A stretch of DNA of 63,152 nucleotides, filler included, from Cercozoa sp. M6MM (Eukaryota; Protista; Endomyxa: Ascetosporea), in the NCBI GenBank assembly GCA_040357565.1. It is 11 parts of 11 records of this genome, joined end to end, with 100 filler letters (N's around TTAATTAATTAA, not from the genome) between each part and the next. Parts side by side here need not be neighbours in the genome. Positions count along the whole stretch, not along the records: positions 8,924 to 14,107 come from JBDODJ010000954.1; positions 14,208 to 19,355 come from JBDODJ010000964.1; positions 19,456 to 21,157 come from JBDODJ010001949.1; positions 21,258 to 29,461 come from JBDODJ010000556.1; 7 more parts are not named here. One strand, 5' to 3'. The stretch's first letter is position 1, and each line of letters starts with the position of its first letter. Positions 11,605 through 24,210 of this stretch are shown here, piece after piece. Below the pieces are notes generated by a model. It ran no database searches and had not been told where the DNA came from. It worked only from the letters and a program-made list of their open reading frames with translations. Position numbers and translations under genes: made by a program.

Positions 11605-13032
11605 ATGGTGTTCGACCAGTCGCACAAAATTGCTCGCAAGACGGGCCGCTGTGTCGATGGTGTGCTCAATGTAGCTCTGTCAGAGGCGTGTTTTTCCTAA
11701 AATTACCTTGTTTTGCAGACATTGTCGCCGCTCTAATCAAGAAGGGCGCTGACGGCAGCGACGATGTGCGTGCACAGGCGCGTCGCTCGCTGCTCGAGGT
11801 ATCTTGTGTGTTGTGCGGGGNNNNNNNNNNNNNNNNNNNNNNNNNNNNNNNNNNNNNNNNNNNNNNNNNNNNNNNNNNNNNNNNNNNNNNNNNNNNNNNN
11901 NNNNNNNNNNNNNNNNNNNNGGGTAGGCCGGACTCTGAGAGGTCTCCTGTAGATCGGTGCGCACGAACCGATGGTAACGCTGACGTTGGTGGCAGACATG
12001 ATCGCACACAACAGTCGACTCAAGGAGGTGTGTATTTCTTCTGTGTCTGTGCCTGTCACGCATATGTATGCTTGTACTTTGTTTGACAGGAGCACCGTGT
12101 CGACCTGATTCGAACACTGCGTCGCTTGTTCGACCACGCAGTGGTAGTTTAGTGCACGCATACAGAGACTCTGTCTCTCTCTGTGTGTGTGTGTAAATTA
12201 CACAGATACACGTACACGTGTGTGTGAACAGACATGGGCGTCGAACTCTGCCGACGACGCTGCCGCGCTGGACGAACTGGTACCAGCTTAGTTGTCAGTC
12301 ATATGTGTTATGCTTGATTAAATTCGTACTGTGTGCAGAGTCTCCCACTGGTCCACATCGCCCTGGGTCAACTGGTATCTCTGCTTCGCCGCTCTGCATC
12401 CGCGCGGACGCATTTATTTTGTTTTTGTGTCACAGGTGGCTCCCGACAGTCCGCGACCCGAGTGGCAAGGTGCCGCTGCCGAGCTTACCTGCCGACTCGC
12501 GCAGGTACGTTTACCCCCTACCCTATGTGTACCCTGTACCCCTCGCACTGTGCAGCGGTGGCCGCAAACCGTGCTAGACAGTGTGCTGGAAGAGTTGCTA
12601 CCGCCGGGCGAACTGCCGCAGTACTACGTGCTTAAGGTAGCCTCACCCTCCCTACCATACCCTACCCTACCCTACTCTACCTTACCCTACCCTACCCTAC
12701 CCTACCCTACCTTACCCTACCCTACCCTACCTCACTCTACCCTACCCTACCCTACCCTACCCTACCCCACCCTACCCTACCTTACCCTACCCTACCTGCC
12801 CTGCCTACCCTACCCTATCCTACCATACCCTTCCATCTACCCACCCGAGACCATACCTTACCCTACCGTTCTCGCCTAGGTACTGGCCGACCTGACGACA
12901 ACGTCGGCCAAGGATGTGGCCCCCAAGGTCGGCGACATCCTGGGCCGCCTGACGCCTGTGCTGGGTCAGGTGCGCAAGGACGCCGACAAGTGGGTCGCCG
13001 CCACTGCACTCGGCCGACTGGCTCACACTGTG

Positions 13033-13105
<73 letters not shown>

Positions 13106-13889
13106 GAGCTGTGTCCACTGTGGACCATCCATCATCGGGACCGTCTGCTTGGACCGTCCATATGAACCGTCTACTTGAATCGACATGACTGTATGTGTGT
13201 GGCAACAGAAACGCCAGGCCGAGGAGCGAGCTGCCGAAAGCGAAAGCGACGCACTGACGCTAATTCTGCAGGTACCTCACCCGGGCGTGACATGTGTACG
13301 GTATAACTGGACCCTGTGTCTGTGTCTACAGGAAGGTGTGGGCGGCAACTTTGCCTCGGCCTTCGAGATCGTCTTTGTCAACTGGCGTCAGGTTCTACGC
13401 TCTTTAGCCTTTCCCCTACCCCCCCCCCCCCCGATCCCACTTGTGTTCGACAGACACGAGATGCACGACTGCGCCGTGCCATCGCCGAGTCGCTCGGCGC
13501 CATGTGCGAGGTACATGCGTATGTATGTGTGAATGTGTATGTATGGTGGATGTATGTATGTGTGAATATGTATGTATGTGTGGATGTATGTATCTGTGTA
13601 TGTATGTATCTGTGTATGTATGTATCTGTGTATGCATGTATCTGTGTATGTATGTATGTATGTATCTATGACTGTAAGCATGTGTTTATGTATGTATGTC
13701 TGTATGTATGTCTGTCTGTATGTATGTATGTCTGTATGCATGTATGCCTGTATGTATGTATCTATGTATGTCTGTGTATGTATGTAATGTATGTGTTTGT
13801 ATATATGCGCATGTATATTTCTGTATGTATGTATGTATGTATATTTATGTTTATATGTACATGTCTGTGTGCATGTGTAGATAATTGTA

Positions 13890-13920
<31 letters not shown>

Positions 13921-14034
13921 TGTATGTCATGTATGTATGTAGATGCATGTATGTACGGGTGTGTTGAAACACAGGTGCTCATGGCGGACAAGTTCGTGTC
14001 GCATCTGCCGCCACTGATCGCCTTCTTCCGTGAG
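11605..14034 (+). CDS. MROH1/HEATR7A (maestro HEAT-like; plant SGR6) family, N-terminal part
   Basis: EWQGAAAELTCRL...LPQYYVLKVLADL...LGRLTPVLGQVRKDADKWV...FASAFEIVFVNW...RLRRAIAESLGAM...HLPPLIAFF follows the motif order of the MROH1 N-terminus. Truncated at the contig end. Confidence 0.75.
12641..12866. repeat. Intronic (CCCTA)n / (TAGGG)n pentamer array
   Basis: About 40 degenerate CCCTA units between a GT donor and an AG acceptor in MROH1. Confidence 0.95.
13511..13955. repeat. Intronic degenerate (TATG)n microsatellite. Other (CA)n/(TG)n/(CT)n/(TA)n tracts lie at 8924, 9230, 13035, 14058, 29414, 37562, 37711, 48248, 48374, 51050, 56183, 61405 and 61710
   Basis: Directly visible; nearly all contig ends and gaps fall in such tracts. 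Confidence 0.95.
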
Positions 14035-14055
14035 GTGTGTTGCTACTGTACCTAG

Positions 14056-14107
<52 letters not shown>

Positions 14108-14208
14108 NNNNNNNNNNNNNNNNNNNNNNNNNNNNNNNNNNNNNNNNNNNNTTAATTAATTAANNNNNNNNNNNNNNNNNNNNNNNNNNNNNNNNNNNNN
14201 NNNNNNNT

Positions 14209-15372
14209 TAGCACTTCCAGAGTCAACGCACCCGCCAGTATCGCCGCCTTCACGCATCGCCCTGTCGGAGGGGTAAAGGGGTCGGGGTAAAGGGGGTAGT
14301 GGTAGGGGGTAGAGGTAAAGGGGGAGGGGAGGGGTATAGTACCAGCACGCATGCAGGCCTCGGCGCCAATGGCCGAGATGAACTGCGTGCCATTGATGAG
14401 AGCCAAGCCCTCCTTGCTGTGCAGCTGCACCGGCGGCAACGAGTACTCCTGCAGCACCTGCGCGGCACTGGAGAAACGCTCGAGTTGCGGGTGCCACATG
14501 TCGCCCTCTCCCATGAGGCCGAGTGCCAGGTGCGCCAGAGGCGCCAGGTCGCCTGACGCGCCCACCGTGCCCTGCTCCGGCACCGCCGGGATGCCTGGGG
14601 AGGGGTAAGCAGGGAGGTAAACGGGTAAAGGTAGATCTAGATATAAGTGGAGGGAAGCAGGGGTAAACAGGTAAAGGTAGATAACAAGTTGTTGATAGAA
14701 GGAGTGGTGTGTGTGTGGGGGGGGGGGGGGGAAAAAGCCCTACAGCCAGCGTTGAGTGCCGAAACGGCGCGACGCAGCGTTTCTTCGCGAACTCCGCTGT
14801 GACCCTTGGCCAGTACCTACCCCAAACAAGGTTGACCACAAGTGTCTCCACTCAGAGCTGCTATACGTTGATGCGCAAGGCGAAGAGCATGCGTGCCAGA
14901 CGCCAGTCGATGTTCTCACCTGGAGGTGGGGTGAGGGGGGTAAGGTAGCAGGTACCAAGCAGGGAAGGGGGTGGGGTAGCTACCGGTGCCACTGGCATGC
15001 GAGCGGATCAGATTGACTTGGAGCTTCTTCAGCTGCGTCGGCTCGATACGCACGTTGCTGAACATGCCGAAGCCCGTGTTGATGCCGCTGCTCAGTCATA
15101 CACAATGTGTAGGGGATTATGGATTAGGGGGGGGGGGGTAAGATCAAACGCACTAGACAGTTTCGCCGGCATCCAGCAAGCGACGAATCACGGCGCGGCC
15201 GCGACGCACGCGTTCCCAGGCCTCCTGCGAACAACCAAAAACACCCATCGAACATACCTCAACAACCAAACGAACCTGGGAACAGTCGTACCTCGGAGAG
15301 CACAACACCACGGTTCTCAAAACCGATCTCATGTAGCTCGCGCAAGCTGAGACTCTCACCGTCAAGGACCTG
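14209..15372 (-). CDS. HAL: Histidine ammonia-lyase, 5' half (start uncertain, truncated by contig end)
   Basis: VLDGESL...VYGINTGFG...[12 protein letters not shown]...[11 protein letters not shown]...[27 protein letters not shown] (MIO-forming ASG)...[11 protein letters not shown]. Confidence 0.96.
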
Positions 15373-16140
15373 AGCCACACAACTTGATTTTTCGACAAAC
15401 AGTCGCAGACGAAATTGATACAACTGGCGCCCGGATTTTTCGCACCAGCAAACAAGGCGTAAAACCGCCAAAACGTGCGAAAGCAGACACTAATTATGTC
15501 AACATGCTCCGAGCGCTCTGTACATGGCAAAGCTGCCGGCAACACGTTCGAGAAAATTGTCAGCCGGGGCTGGCGTGACGCACAACAGCAACAACGAAAA
15601 CTTGCGCACCACTGGCTTAGCCGGCTGCATACGACGTCTCGTGCAAAAAACAAGTCTGCTGGATGCGCTTAACAGGGTGCCGATGCGTTTAGCGCGCTGT
15701 CTGCTCCGGTCCGAAACTTGGTGAGCACACAATCTTCTTTTTGTACAGCATTACGTATTATTTAAACGGTGGTCATCCGGACAGCCGAATCACGACTCCT
15801 CAGTGAGCCTTCCCGATTGAGCATTAAGCCCCTGTTGAGGTGTATTATGATGCACCGCATCGGTATGAGGGGTGTTTTTTGATTTAAAATAATTCATCAT
15901 TGTTGGGCCTCGGCCAGTTGCAGCATTCAAGCGACAAGAGAATAAAATGCATCGATCTGTACGATACAAGGCACGATCGTGATATATCCAGATTGAGCGA
16001 AAACAAGATAGGTGGTGTCAAAAGTTGTCAAACAGCAAAGGGTCAAAAGTTGACAATCTTTTTGGAAAATACAGTACTGTAGGAGTGTTTTTGCAGTACG
16101 CACGGGTGAGCAGCGGCGTGCTTGCATTCTATAGGTTGCA

Positions 16141-18259
16141 ATGGAGCCACTTTTGAAGCAATTGGGTCAGGATCATCTGCTGCGAAGCGATGCTCTCGTG
16201 CGTCAAGCGGGTGAGCTCGATGCTCAGTATCCCGGCGGACTGCGAGCTTACGTCGCCAACGCTCGTCGGTTGCTTCAACAGGCCTCAGTTGGTGACAACC
16301 CACTGGACGGCTGGAAACCCTCAGTAGCTTGCACTTTTTGGGCACCTTCCTTCGGCGTGGGTCACTTTCGTTCGGTTTTCTCGGTCAAATAGGTTCCCAG
16401 CGGCATCCGCGTGGAAGCATTGGACGCTGAGTTTGACTCACTAGAGGCCCAAGGACGCACCGAACTGGCCTCCACGGCGTTTGTGCTTGTTGCTGGTGGG
16501 CTTGGTGAGCGCCTCGGGTTCAATGGCATCAAGGTGGGCTTTTTTCTCTTTCGCTTGGGCCTCAAGTTTTGATCTTCAAGAAACATATTGTATTTTTTGC
16601 TTTGTCGATGCAGGTGGCCTTGCCACGCTCACAACTGAATCATAGTCAGTGCTTCTTGTCGCACTATGCGGAGTACATTCGCGCATTCGGCAGTTCGGAG
16701 AGGTATGTGGATCCTTTCCTCTAGTTGTGCTTCTTCTCAATTAGAGGTGGGTTTGGAGTGTAGCACTCCTCCCTTGGCGATCATGACGAGTCAGGACACG
16801 CACGATCGCACATTTGAATTGTTAAATGAAAACAACTACTTTGGACTGCCGAAAGAGCGCGTGACACTCATGAAGCAGGAGAAGGGTAATTGCCCTTGTG
16901 CTTTTCAAATTTGATTATTCATGTTGATTTTGTTTTGTTTTGATGTCTGCAGTGGCGGCTTTGTCGAACCAGGACGCAAAGTTCGCTGTTGAGACAGTCG
17001 ACGGTGTGGAACTCATTGTGACGAAGCCGCACGGACATGGCGATGTGCACGCGCTGTTGCACTCTCGTGGTCTGCTGAGTCAGTGGCGCAGGGAGGGAAT
17101 TCGCCACGTCGTCTTTTTCCAGGACACAAATGGTCTCGTCATGCATGGACTGCCGGCACTCTTGGGCGCACACGAGACCAACGGTTTCATGATGACGTCG
17201 CTGACCGTGCCGCGTCGGCCGGGCGAAGCTGTCGGCGCGATCTGCTCGCTCACGCGTGAGAGCGACGGCTGCGTGATCACGTGCAACGTCGAGTACAACC
17301 AGCTCGAGTCGGTGCTCCGTGCCTCGCCGGACTTCCCGAAGGGCGACGTTGGTCATGGCGAGTCCAAGCACTCGCTCTTCCCGGGCAACATCAACGTGTT
17401 TGTGCTGCGTCTGCCCGAATACGAAGCTCTGCTTGCGAGAACAGGTACAAGGGACTTCTGTGCCTGTGCCTGCTTTTACTTGAATTCAGCTTTACCTGCT
17501 TTGCTTGAGACAGACGGTGCCGTGCCCGAGTTCGTGAATCCAAAGTACAAGGACGAGTCGCGCAGTGAGTTCAAGACGCCGACGCGTCTGGAGTGTATGA
17601 TGCAGGACCTACCCAAGCTGCTGGCTGACTTGCCGGCCGAAAGCAGAGGTCGCGTCGGCTTTGTCGAACTGCCGCGCTGGCTGTGCTTCAGTGCCGTCAA
17701 GAACAACGTCGTTGACGCCGCCGCCAAGGTGCGTCGCACCGGCTTCGCCGAGAGTGCCGCGAGTGGCGAAAGCGACGTTTACGCGGCGGCGCGAGAGATG
17801 CTGCGCTCGGTTTGTGTGCGTGTGCACAATGAGAGCGAAAGCGATAGTCTTGAATTTGCTGGAATTCCGTTCAAGCGCGGCGCTCTCGTGCAGTGGGACG
17901 CACAGTTCGCCGCCGATCGTTCGCAGCTGGCCTCGCGCTTTCCTCAGCCCGAGCAGGTAACGTTGGGGCCGCGTGCTTCATTGCTACTGCGCGGCAACGT
18001 CGTCGTGCGTCAGTTGCAGCTTCTGGAAGGTCACATCGAGTTGGACGGTCGCGATCGCTCTGTCAACGACCCGCTCGTTGTAGACGGAGACTGCGATTCC
18101 GAGCAACAAAGTACTTTCTGTGCATTTCTCACTTTGCGATGGCTTATGTTGGTGTGTTCGTGTGAAGTAACGCTCGTGCCGGTCGACGTGAGCGATATGG
18201 GCGTCTCGGAGGCGCTGCGAGTGCGCGCCTTCCGCTTCTTGCAGCTGCGTTCGGATTAG
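16141..18259 (+). CDS. USP: UDP-sugar pyrophosphorylase (UDPGP family, plant/protozoan USP type)
   Basis: [88 protein letters not shown]. Confidence 0.95.
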
Positions 18260-18498
18260 GTGTTCGTTGTATTTCGCGACATGTAGCGCTCTCAGTCTCG
18301 TGCTCCGGCAACAGAACTAACGCTTTCAATTTTAACCTAGCTGGCTAGGCAGGTAGCCGAGCCGCGTCGGCTACAAGTACACACTTCGCTTCGACTCTGA
18401 CTTGACTGAACGGAACGGAAGATCAATACGATCAGTCGTGCAACTCGACTGAATCAACATGAGTCACGCCACCGCGCGTCTGGTCGGGTCAGTCAAAT

Positions 18499-19354
18499 TT
18501 ACAAGGAAAGGTCAAAGTCCGAGCCCTCGATGTCAGAGTCGATGTTGAGACTGAGATTGAGCGTCTTGTTTTCGTCCTCGTCCTCGTTACCGTTATCGTT
18601 CTCGTGACCGTTATCGTTCGCGATACTGCTATCGTTCTCGATGCCGCTATCGTTCTCGTTTTCGGAGTCGCCATCGTCCTGCATGCCGTCAAAGTGGCAT
18701 TTGAGGTCGTGCAGCAGCAAGGCTGGAATTTGATATAACATGCTCGACACAGACTCCGGTGGTCGGCCCTAAAACGGAACACGCATAGAGACACACGATA
18801 GAACGAAAGTCGGCATTTACAATTTGCGTGGAGACATTGGCAAAGTAGGACCGAATATCTTGAGCAGACACGGCGCCACCGAGAAGCTCTTTTCTCCACC
18901 TAACACAGGCTTGCAGCACCGTGTCCTTCAGATCGAAACATTCCAGGAATGAGATATCAAAGAATGAGCGAATGAGCACGCTTACATATTCTCGGTTAGT
19001 CCAGGGCCGCTCGACGTTCGTGTTGAGTGTGTGCACGGTGGACAGTAAGTGGCGCGCTTCACTCACGTCGGAACTGCTCGGAAGTGCGTAGTCGACACTA
19101 CCTTTCGCCAGGAAGCTACAGAATTTATGGGCCATCAAGTGAATCTTTGCATGAGAGAACCAAACGTACTTAAGAAGTGCGCCATCAAACAGAGTTTTCT
19201 CGCTGCTGCCATTGTCAACGTCTCGATCCGTGTCCTCCTGTGTATCTGGCGACTCTGCTTTAACCGCGCCAGGCAATTTCTCTAGTTCGCTTTCGCTTTC
19301 ACTTTCACTTTCGTTTTCACTTTCAGTTTCGCCTTCGGTGTCACTGTCAGCGCT
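18499..19354 (-). CDS. Hypothetical protein, 3' part, acidic low-complexity ends
   Basis: SESE/ENDS acidic repeats, GT-AG exons, ends DIEGSDFDLSL-TAA. Confidence 0.55.
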
Positions 19355-19486
19355 ANNNNNNNNNNNNNNNNNNNNNNNNNNNNNNNNNNNNNNNNNNNNT
19401 TAATTAATTAANNNNNNNNNNNNNNNNNNNNNNNNNNNNNNNNNNNNNNNNNNNNCCCGTTACCCCAATGAACCCCCACCCCGCAG

Positions 19487-21087
19487 GAGTCGGTAGAGCC
19501 GAGCGAGACCACAGAGGAGGTCCGCGCGGAGGAAGAGAGCGTCCGCGCGGAGGAAGAGGGCGTCCGCGCGGAGGAGTGGCGGCGCGTGCGGCGCGACTTC
19601 TGGCGCGAGGTGCCGCTGGGCCGCTACGTGCAGCTCTTCGGCGTGGCCGACGAGAAACGCGACTCGGACGACGACAGCGACAGCGACAGCGACCACGCGG
19701 ACGATCACTCTGACCACTTGGGTGACCACTTGGGTGACCACGTGGATGACCACGTGGATGACCACATGGGTGACCACGCGGACGACCACGCGGACGACCA
19801 CGCGGACGATCACATGGGTGACCACGCGGACGGTCGCAGTGCGCGCGACCTGTTCCTGCCGTGGCCGCGCCACTGGCACCGGCGACTCGGCCGGCAGGAG
19901 AAACGCGCGTTTCTCCGACTGTGCGGCACGCGCGTGCGCGACCTGCCGCCGCGCTTCCGGTGCAGTTTACCCCCCCCCCCCGACCCTCCTGTTTACCCCT
20001 GACCCCTGACCCCCCAGACATCAGATCGAAGAGGGTCGTCACTGGGCCACACTGCGGCGACGCCGACTGAGCGAGCTGCTGGACGTGCTGTGCAAGATGC
20101 AACTCTGCTCCTGCCGACGTGTCACGTCGGTATCTTTATTTTTCTGTTTTTTTTTCGTTTTTTCTCACATCCGCGCGGACGTGCCAGGACACGGCGAATA
20201 AACGACCGAGCATCAGTCCGAGCAGTGCGTGTGTGGAACTCGTGCGTGTGCATCCTGTGGAATCGCAGCAACACTCCTCTGGCGCCAGGTTTGTTCATCC
20301 TTTTCTTTATTTTTTGCGTTCTCTGGATGAACGAACACACTTGTTCAGACGAGAAACGTCACCAGTGCCCCCTCACTCGTCGGGAGACAGGCAGCAGTCG
20401 CACCAGCAGCAGCAGCAACACCAGCAGCAGCACTGGATCTGTCTGGTACCAGTTGAATTTTGCTTTTTGTTGAGACAGCTTGAAAAGCTTGAAAAGTGAA
20501 AAGCTTGAAAAACTTGAAAAGCTTCATGAGCAAAATAATGCGGAACTGCAAAACGCAACATTGCTGTCGCTTTCGCTATATGAAACAGTGTTTTGAATAG
20601 CTTTTGAATCGCTTCGAACAGTTTTGAGATGCTTCGAACAGCTCTGAGTAGCTTTGATAGCTTTGAATAGCTTTGAAAGCTTCGAAGAGCTTTTGTGAAA
20701 AAGCGTTGAAGAGCTTTGGGAGAGCGCGATATGTTTGGGGCAGGCGCCGCGTTTCGCGTTGCTGGGCCGCGTGTTTCGCTTCGCGTCGAAGCGACGACGC
20801 GGCGGCTGCGACGACCAAAGCGAGGTCGGCGTGGAGGAAGCGGAAGCTTCGGCGAAGCAGGCGCAGAAACTTCGCGGAAGCGATGCGGAACAGGTGCTGC
20901 GCGGTGTTAGCGCCTTCTGGCACGCCTTGTCGCACTCGGTGCTCTCCTTTCTGTCTCGAGGCGCTTCCGGAACAATCGAGGAACATTCTCGGATTGTTTC
21001 GCGAACGAAAGAAGAAGCCGCAGGCAGCGACAGAAAGGACGCGACCGACGCGTTCGATGTGTCCGCGCTGCCGATCGAAGACACGCG
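19487..21087 (+). CDS. Internal fragment of TFIIIC B-block-binding large subunit (GTF3C1/Tfc3-like)
   Basis: EVPLGRYVQLFG...TRVRDLPPRFRHQI...RLSELLDVLCKMQL...RVFRF...VSAFWHAL parallels the remembered GTF3C1 block PL..F.Q..G / IR.LP...R / L..LC.M.L / F.F...V..YW..L. Confidence 0.6.
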
Positions 21088-21308
21088 TAGTTTTACCCCC
21101 CCTTACCCCCCTATTTACCCCCTATTTACCACCTTCTTACCCCGTGTTTACCCCCCTNNNNNNNNNNNNNNNNNNNNNNNNNNNNNNNNNNNNNNNNNNN
21201 NTTAATTAATTAANNNNNNNNNNNNNNNNNNNNNNNNNNNNNNNNNNNNNNNNNNNNGTATGTTTTTTGTGTCTGTGTAGGTATTAATGCAACGGAGTGT
21301 GGTGCCAG

Positions 21309-23951
21309 GTGGGACGAGACACCTACGACGACGAACTCGAGGACGTGTGGGAACTCGCGCCCTTCCTCAACGTGCCCTTCTACCGCGGCAGGTGTGTCTC
21401 CAGTTCGTGGGTTTATGAACACTTGGTGTTAGTTTGTTGTTTTCCTTTCTGCAGTGAGAGCAAGTCGCTGTCAGCAGATGCCGAGCTGGCCAGGAAGGTG
21501 CTTTCGGCAACTGCAGATGTGTAGCCTTGTATCAGTGCCGATCTTGTGCAGAAGAAGAAGAGCAAGCACAAGCAAGTCGCTTCGTTGAAGGCGTTGGGTA
21601 AACTCTTGAGTGATTGGCGTGTTTTAGACCCAAAGCGTGTTGAGAGTATCTTTGCAGTGGCTATCACGGACACTAAGCAGCCGAAGGAAGGCGATCTGCC
21701 AGCCAACTTGGTAGCAAACATCACGACAAGCCTGCTTCCTGTGACGGTAATATGTTGTACTATATGCTTGTTTGCAGGATGAACTTCTGACACCGCAGCA
21801 CGTCTTTGTTCGAGTGTACTCATGCACAGTGCATCATGCAAGATGTGCCATTTCCTCGTGAACAGATACGTGCTGCGTGGCCGACGCCTCACACCCAAGG
21901 ATAACGACGGCACCTGCGACCCGTACCTCAAGGTAGCATCCGACGATCCTGCTCGGCTTCTTGTCTGACATATGTGTATCACGACTGCCAGGTGCGACTG
22001 GGCAAAACCACCATCAGCACGCGTTCCCGGTATGCTTTACTGACGTCTCAGCAGTTCGTTTATTGAATGGCTGGTATTTGACCGGGGTGTAGCTACAAGA
22101 AGAACACGTGCGACCCGGAGTTCTTCGAGTGTTTCGAGCTGCCGGCCTCGTTGCCTGGCCATGCCAAGGTAAGGTCACGTAACAAGGCAGGTGGCATACT
22201 ATGTATAAACCGATTGATTGACTGCAGTTGCACCTGGACGTGTGGGACTGGGACGGCATCGGCGACGACTACGTCGGTGGCACTGTGATCGACGTTGAGG
22301 ATCGTTGGTTCGCGCGCAAGTGGCGCCTCGCCGACAAGAAGCCGCTTGAGGTAGCATCGTCTCTGTCCTTTCTTTGGAGTTCCTTGATTTCTATCATGCC
22401 TGTAGTGCCGCACGCTGCACGCACCGTCGTCTAGTTTCGCTCAGGGCAAACTGGTACTCTAGCCTGTCTTACACTTTTCATTGTGTGAAATTTGAATGTC
22501 GATTTTGCAGGAAGTGTGGGTCGACGTTCTGGCCGCTGAGGACGCGAAGCGTTCGCCGATTCTCGACATTAGTGTAACATCCACTCTCCATTTACTCTCC
22601 ATCCGACCGACTGGACAAATCTTCTTGCTTACCGACAGCCGCCGCCGCCGCAACCGTTTGAACTGCGCGTCATCATCTGGGGCTGCAAGTACGTCTCGTT
22701 TGGACTTACAGAACTCCTACACTGTACATGTTGTTGAATCAGGGATGTCGCCATCAAGGACACTATCACCGACATGAACGATCTCTACGTCACAGGGTGA
22801 GTTTGGTTTGTTTTTCTGTTGGTATTGTTATTTTTGTGTAGACAACTGGAACTTGGCCGTGGTGCCCCTGTTCTCAAGCGACAGTACCTTCCCGCACATG
22901 CTGTCTTGTTTGTATCTGGCTGTCTCATGATATTTTGAGTAGGCAAACCGACACGCACATGCGTGCTCAGGGCGGCATGGGCAACTTCAACTGTACCACA
23001 GTTTCTGTTGTACCAGTGCTGGTCTAGTGAGCATGCATATCGAGAGTAGGGCGCATGAAGTTCCCGGTGGAGTTGCCGCTCAAGAAGTCGCCGCGCTTCC
23101 GCCTGCAGCTATGGGACCGCGACTTCTTCTCACCCAACGTACACTCGCACTTTTCCTTCATTTGTTGGCAACGTGAGAAAGGGTGAGTGAGTGAACTTTG
23201 GACAGGACTCGATCTGCGAGGTTACGTTCTCGTTGGCGTCGTTGTTCCGGCGTGCACACCGTCTGCAGGACCGTGTCGGTAGCGTTATTCTGTAAAGGTT
23301 CGTTTTTGCTTGTTTGTATGGGTTGATGTCTGCGTATCGTGCAGTGCTGCGACACGATGGCGAAGACAAGATCTGGATCAAGTACATACCTGTTTTCTTG
23401 TGTGAGAGTCGTTTTAATTCTTGCGTGCAATCATAGCAACTTGTCGCACCCGAACTTTGAAGGCAATCAGGGTCGTGTTCAAGTACTTTTCTGCCCTGTT
23501 CTCTCCGTTCTATCCTTCAAAGAGTCGATTCCGTCGCAGGTGTCGTTCGAGGTTCTGCCGCTAGAAGTCGCCGAGCAATTGCCAGCTGGACTTGGTCGCG
23601 GTCAGGTGTCTATCCAATCACTTGAAAACAAGTGCCTGCCGCAAGAGCGGAATTGTAAAATTTACTTTCCTTTTTACGGCAGCCCAATGCGAACCCGCAT
23701 CTGCCACCGCCAGAAGGTCGCGTATCCTGGTCGTTGCTGCATCCTTTCGCTGTACTTTTTCTTTTCTTTGTCTTGCATTGACTTCTTTGTGGAAAAGTTA
23801 AAATCGAATCTTTCAGATGCTGCGAGCCATCCTTGGCGACAAGATCTTCGCACGTCTGGGCATGTTCATCTGTGTCCTTGTCGTCATTGGCTTCTTGGTC
23901 ATGATTGGGCCGTCGCTCGTCTCCTCCATCGTGGCTAACCTCATCACGTAA
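21309..23951 (+). CDS. Ferlin, C-terminal half (last C2 domains plus C-terminal TM)
   Basis: YVLRGRRLTPKDNDGTCDPYLK, DVWDWDGIGDDYVGGTVIDVEDRW, QGKLEVWVD, FELRVIIW, QTDTH..GNFNWR, QLWDRD, AGLGR.PNANPHLPPPEGR, TM LGMFICVLVVIGFLVMIG, then TAA. Confidence 0.93.
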
Positions 23952-24210
23952 GCGAAACTACTTCCGCGCGGAAAGCAGCTCTGAACTGCGCTGGGGCCTC
24001 TCGTTCTCACCCAAAAGGACAAAACTGTGTAGCTTAAAAGAATGCCAATTAGTGACTGATCGCAGCATCCGGCGTGTGTTGAAGCGAATTTGGATTGATT
24101 TATAGCCCAGGGTAGCTTAGTTACTCGCGTGCAGTTGCATCCTTTTTCGTGGGTCAGCAGGAAACCACTGGCCAACCCGAGTGCTAAAACAATTCTGTCG
24201 CTAGATCCTG

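Noticed and set aside
17445-17513. Stop-free 3n introns (USP, PIS1) as regulated intron retention
   Set aside because: These are expected by chance for short, fairly GC-rich introns, and there are too few cases.
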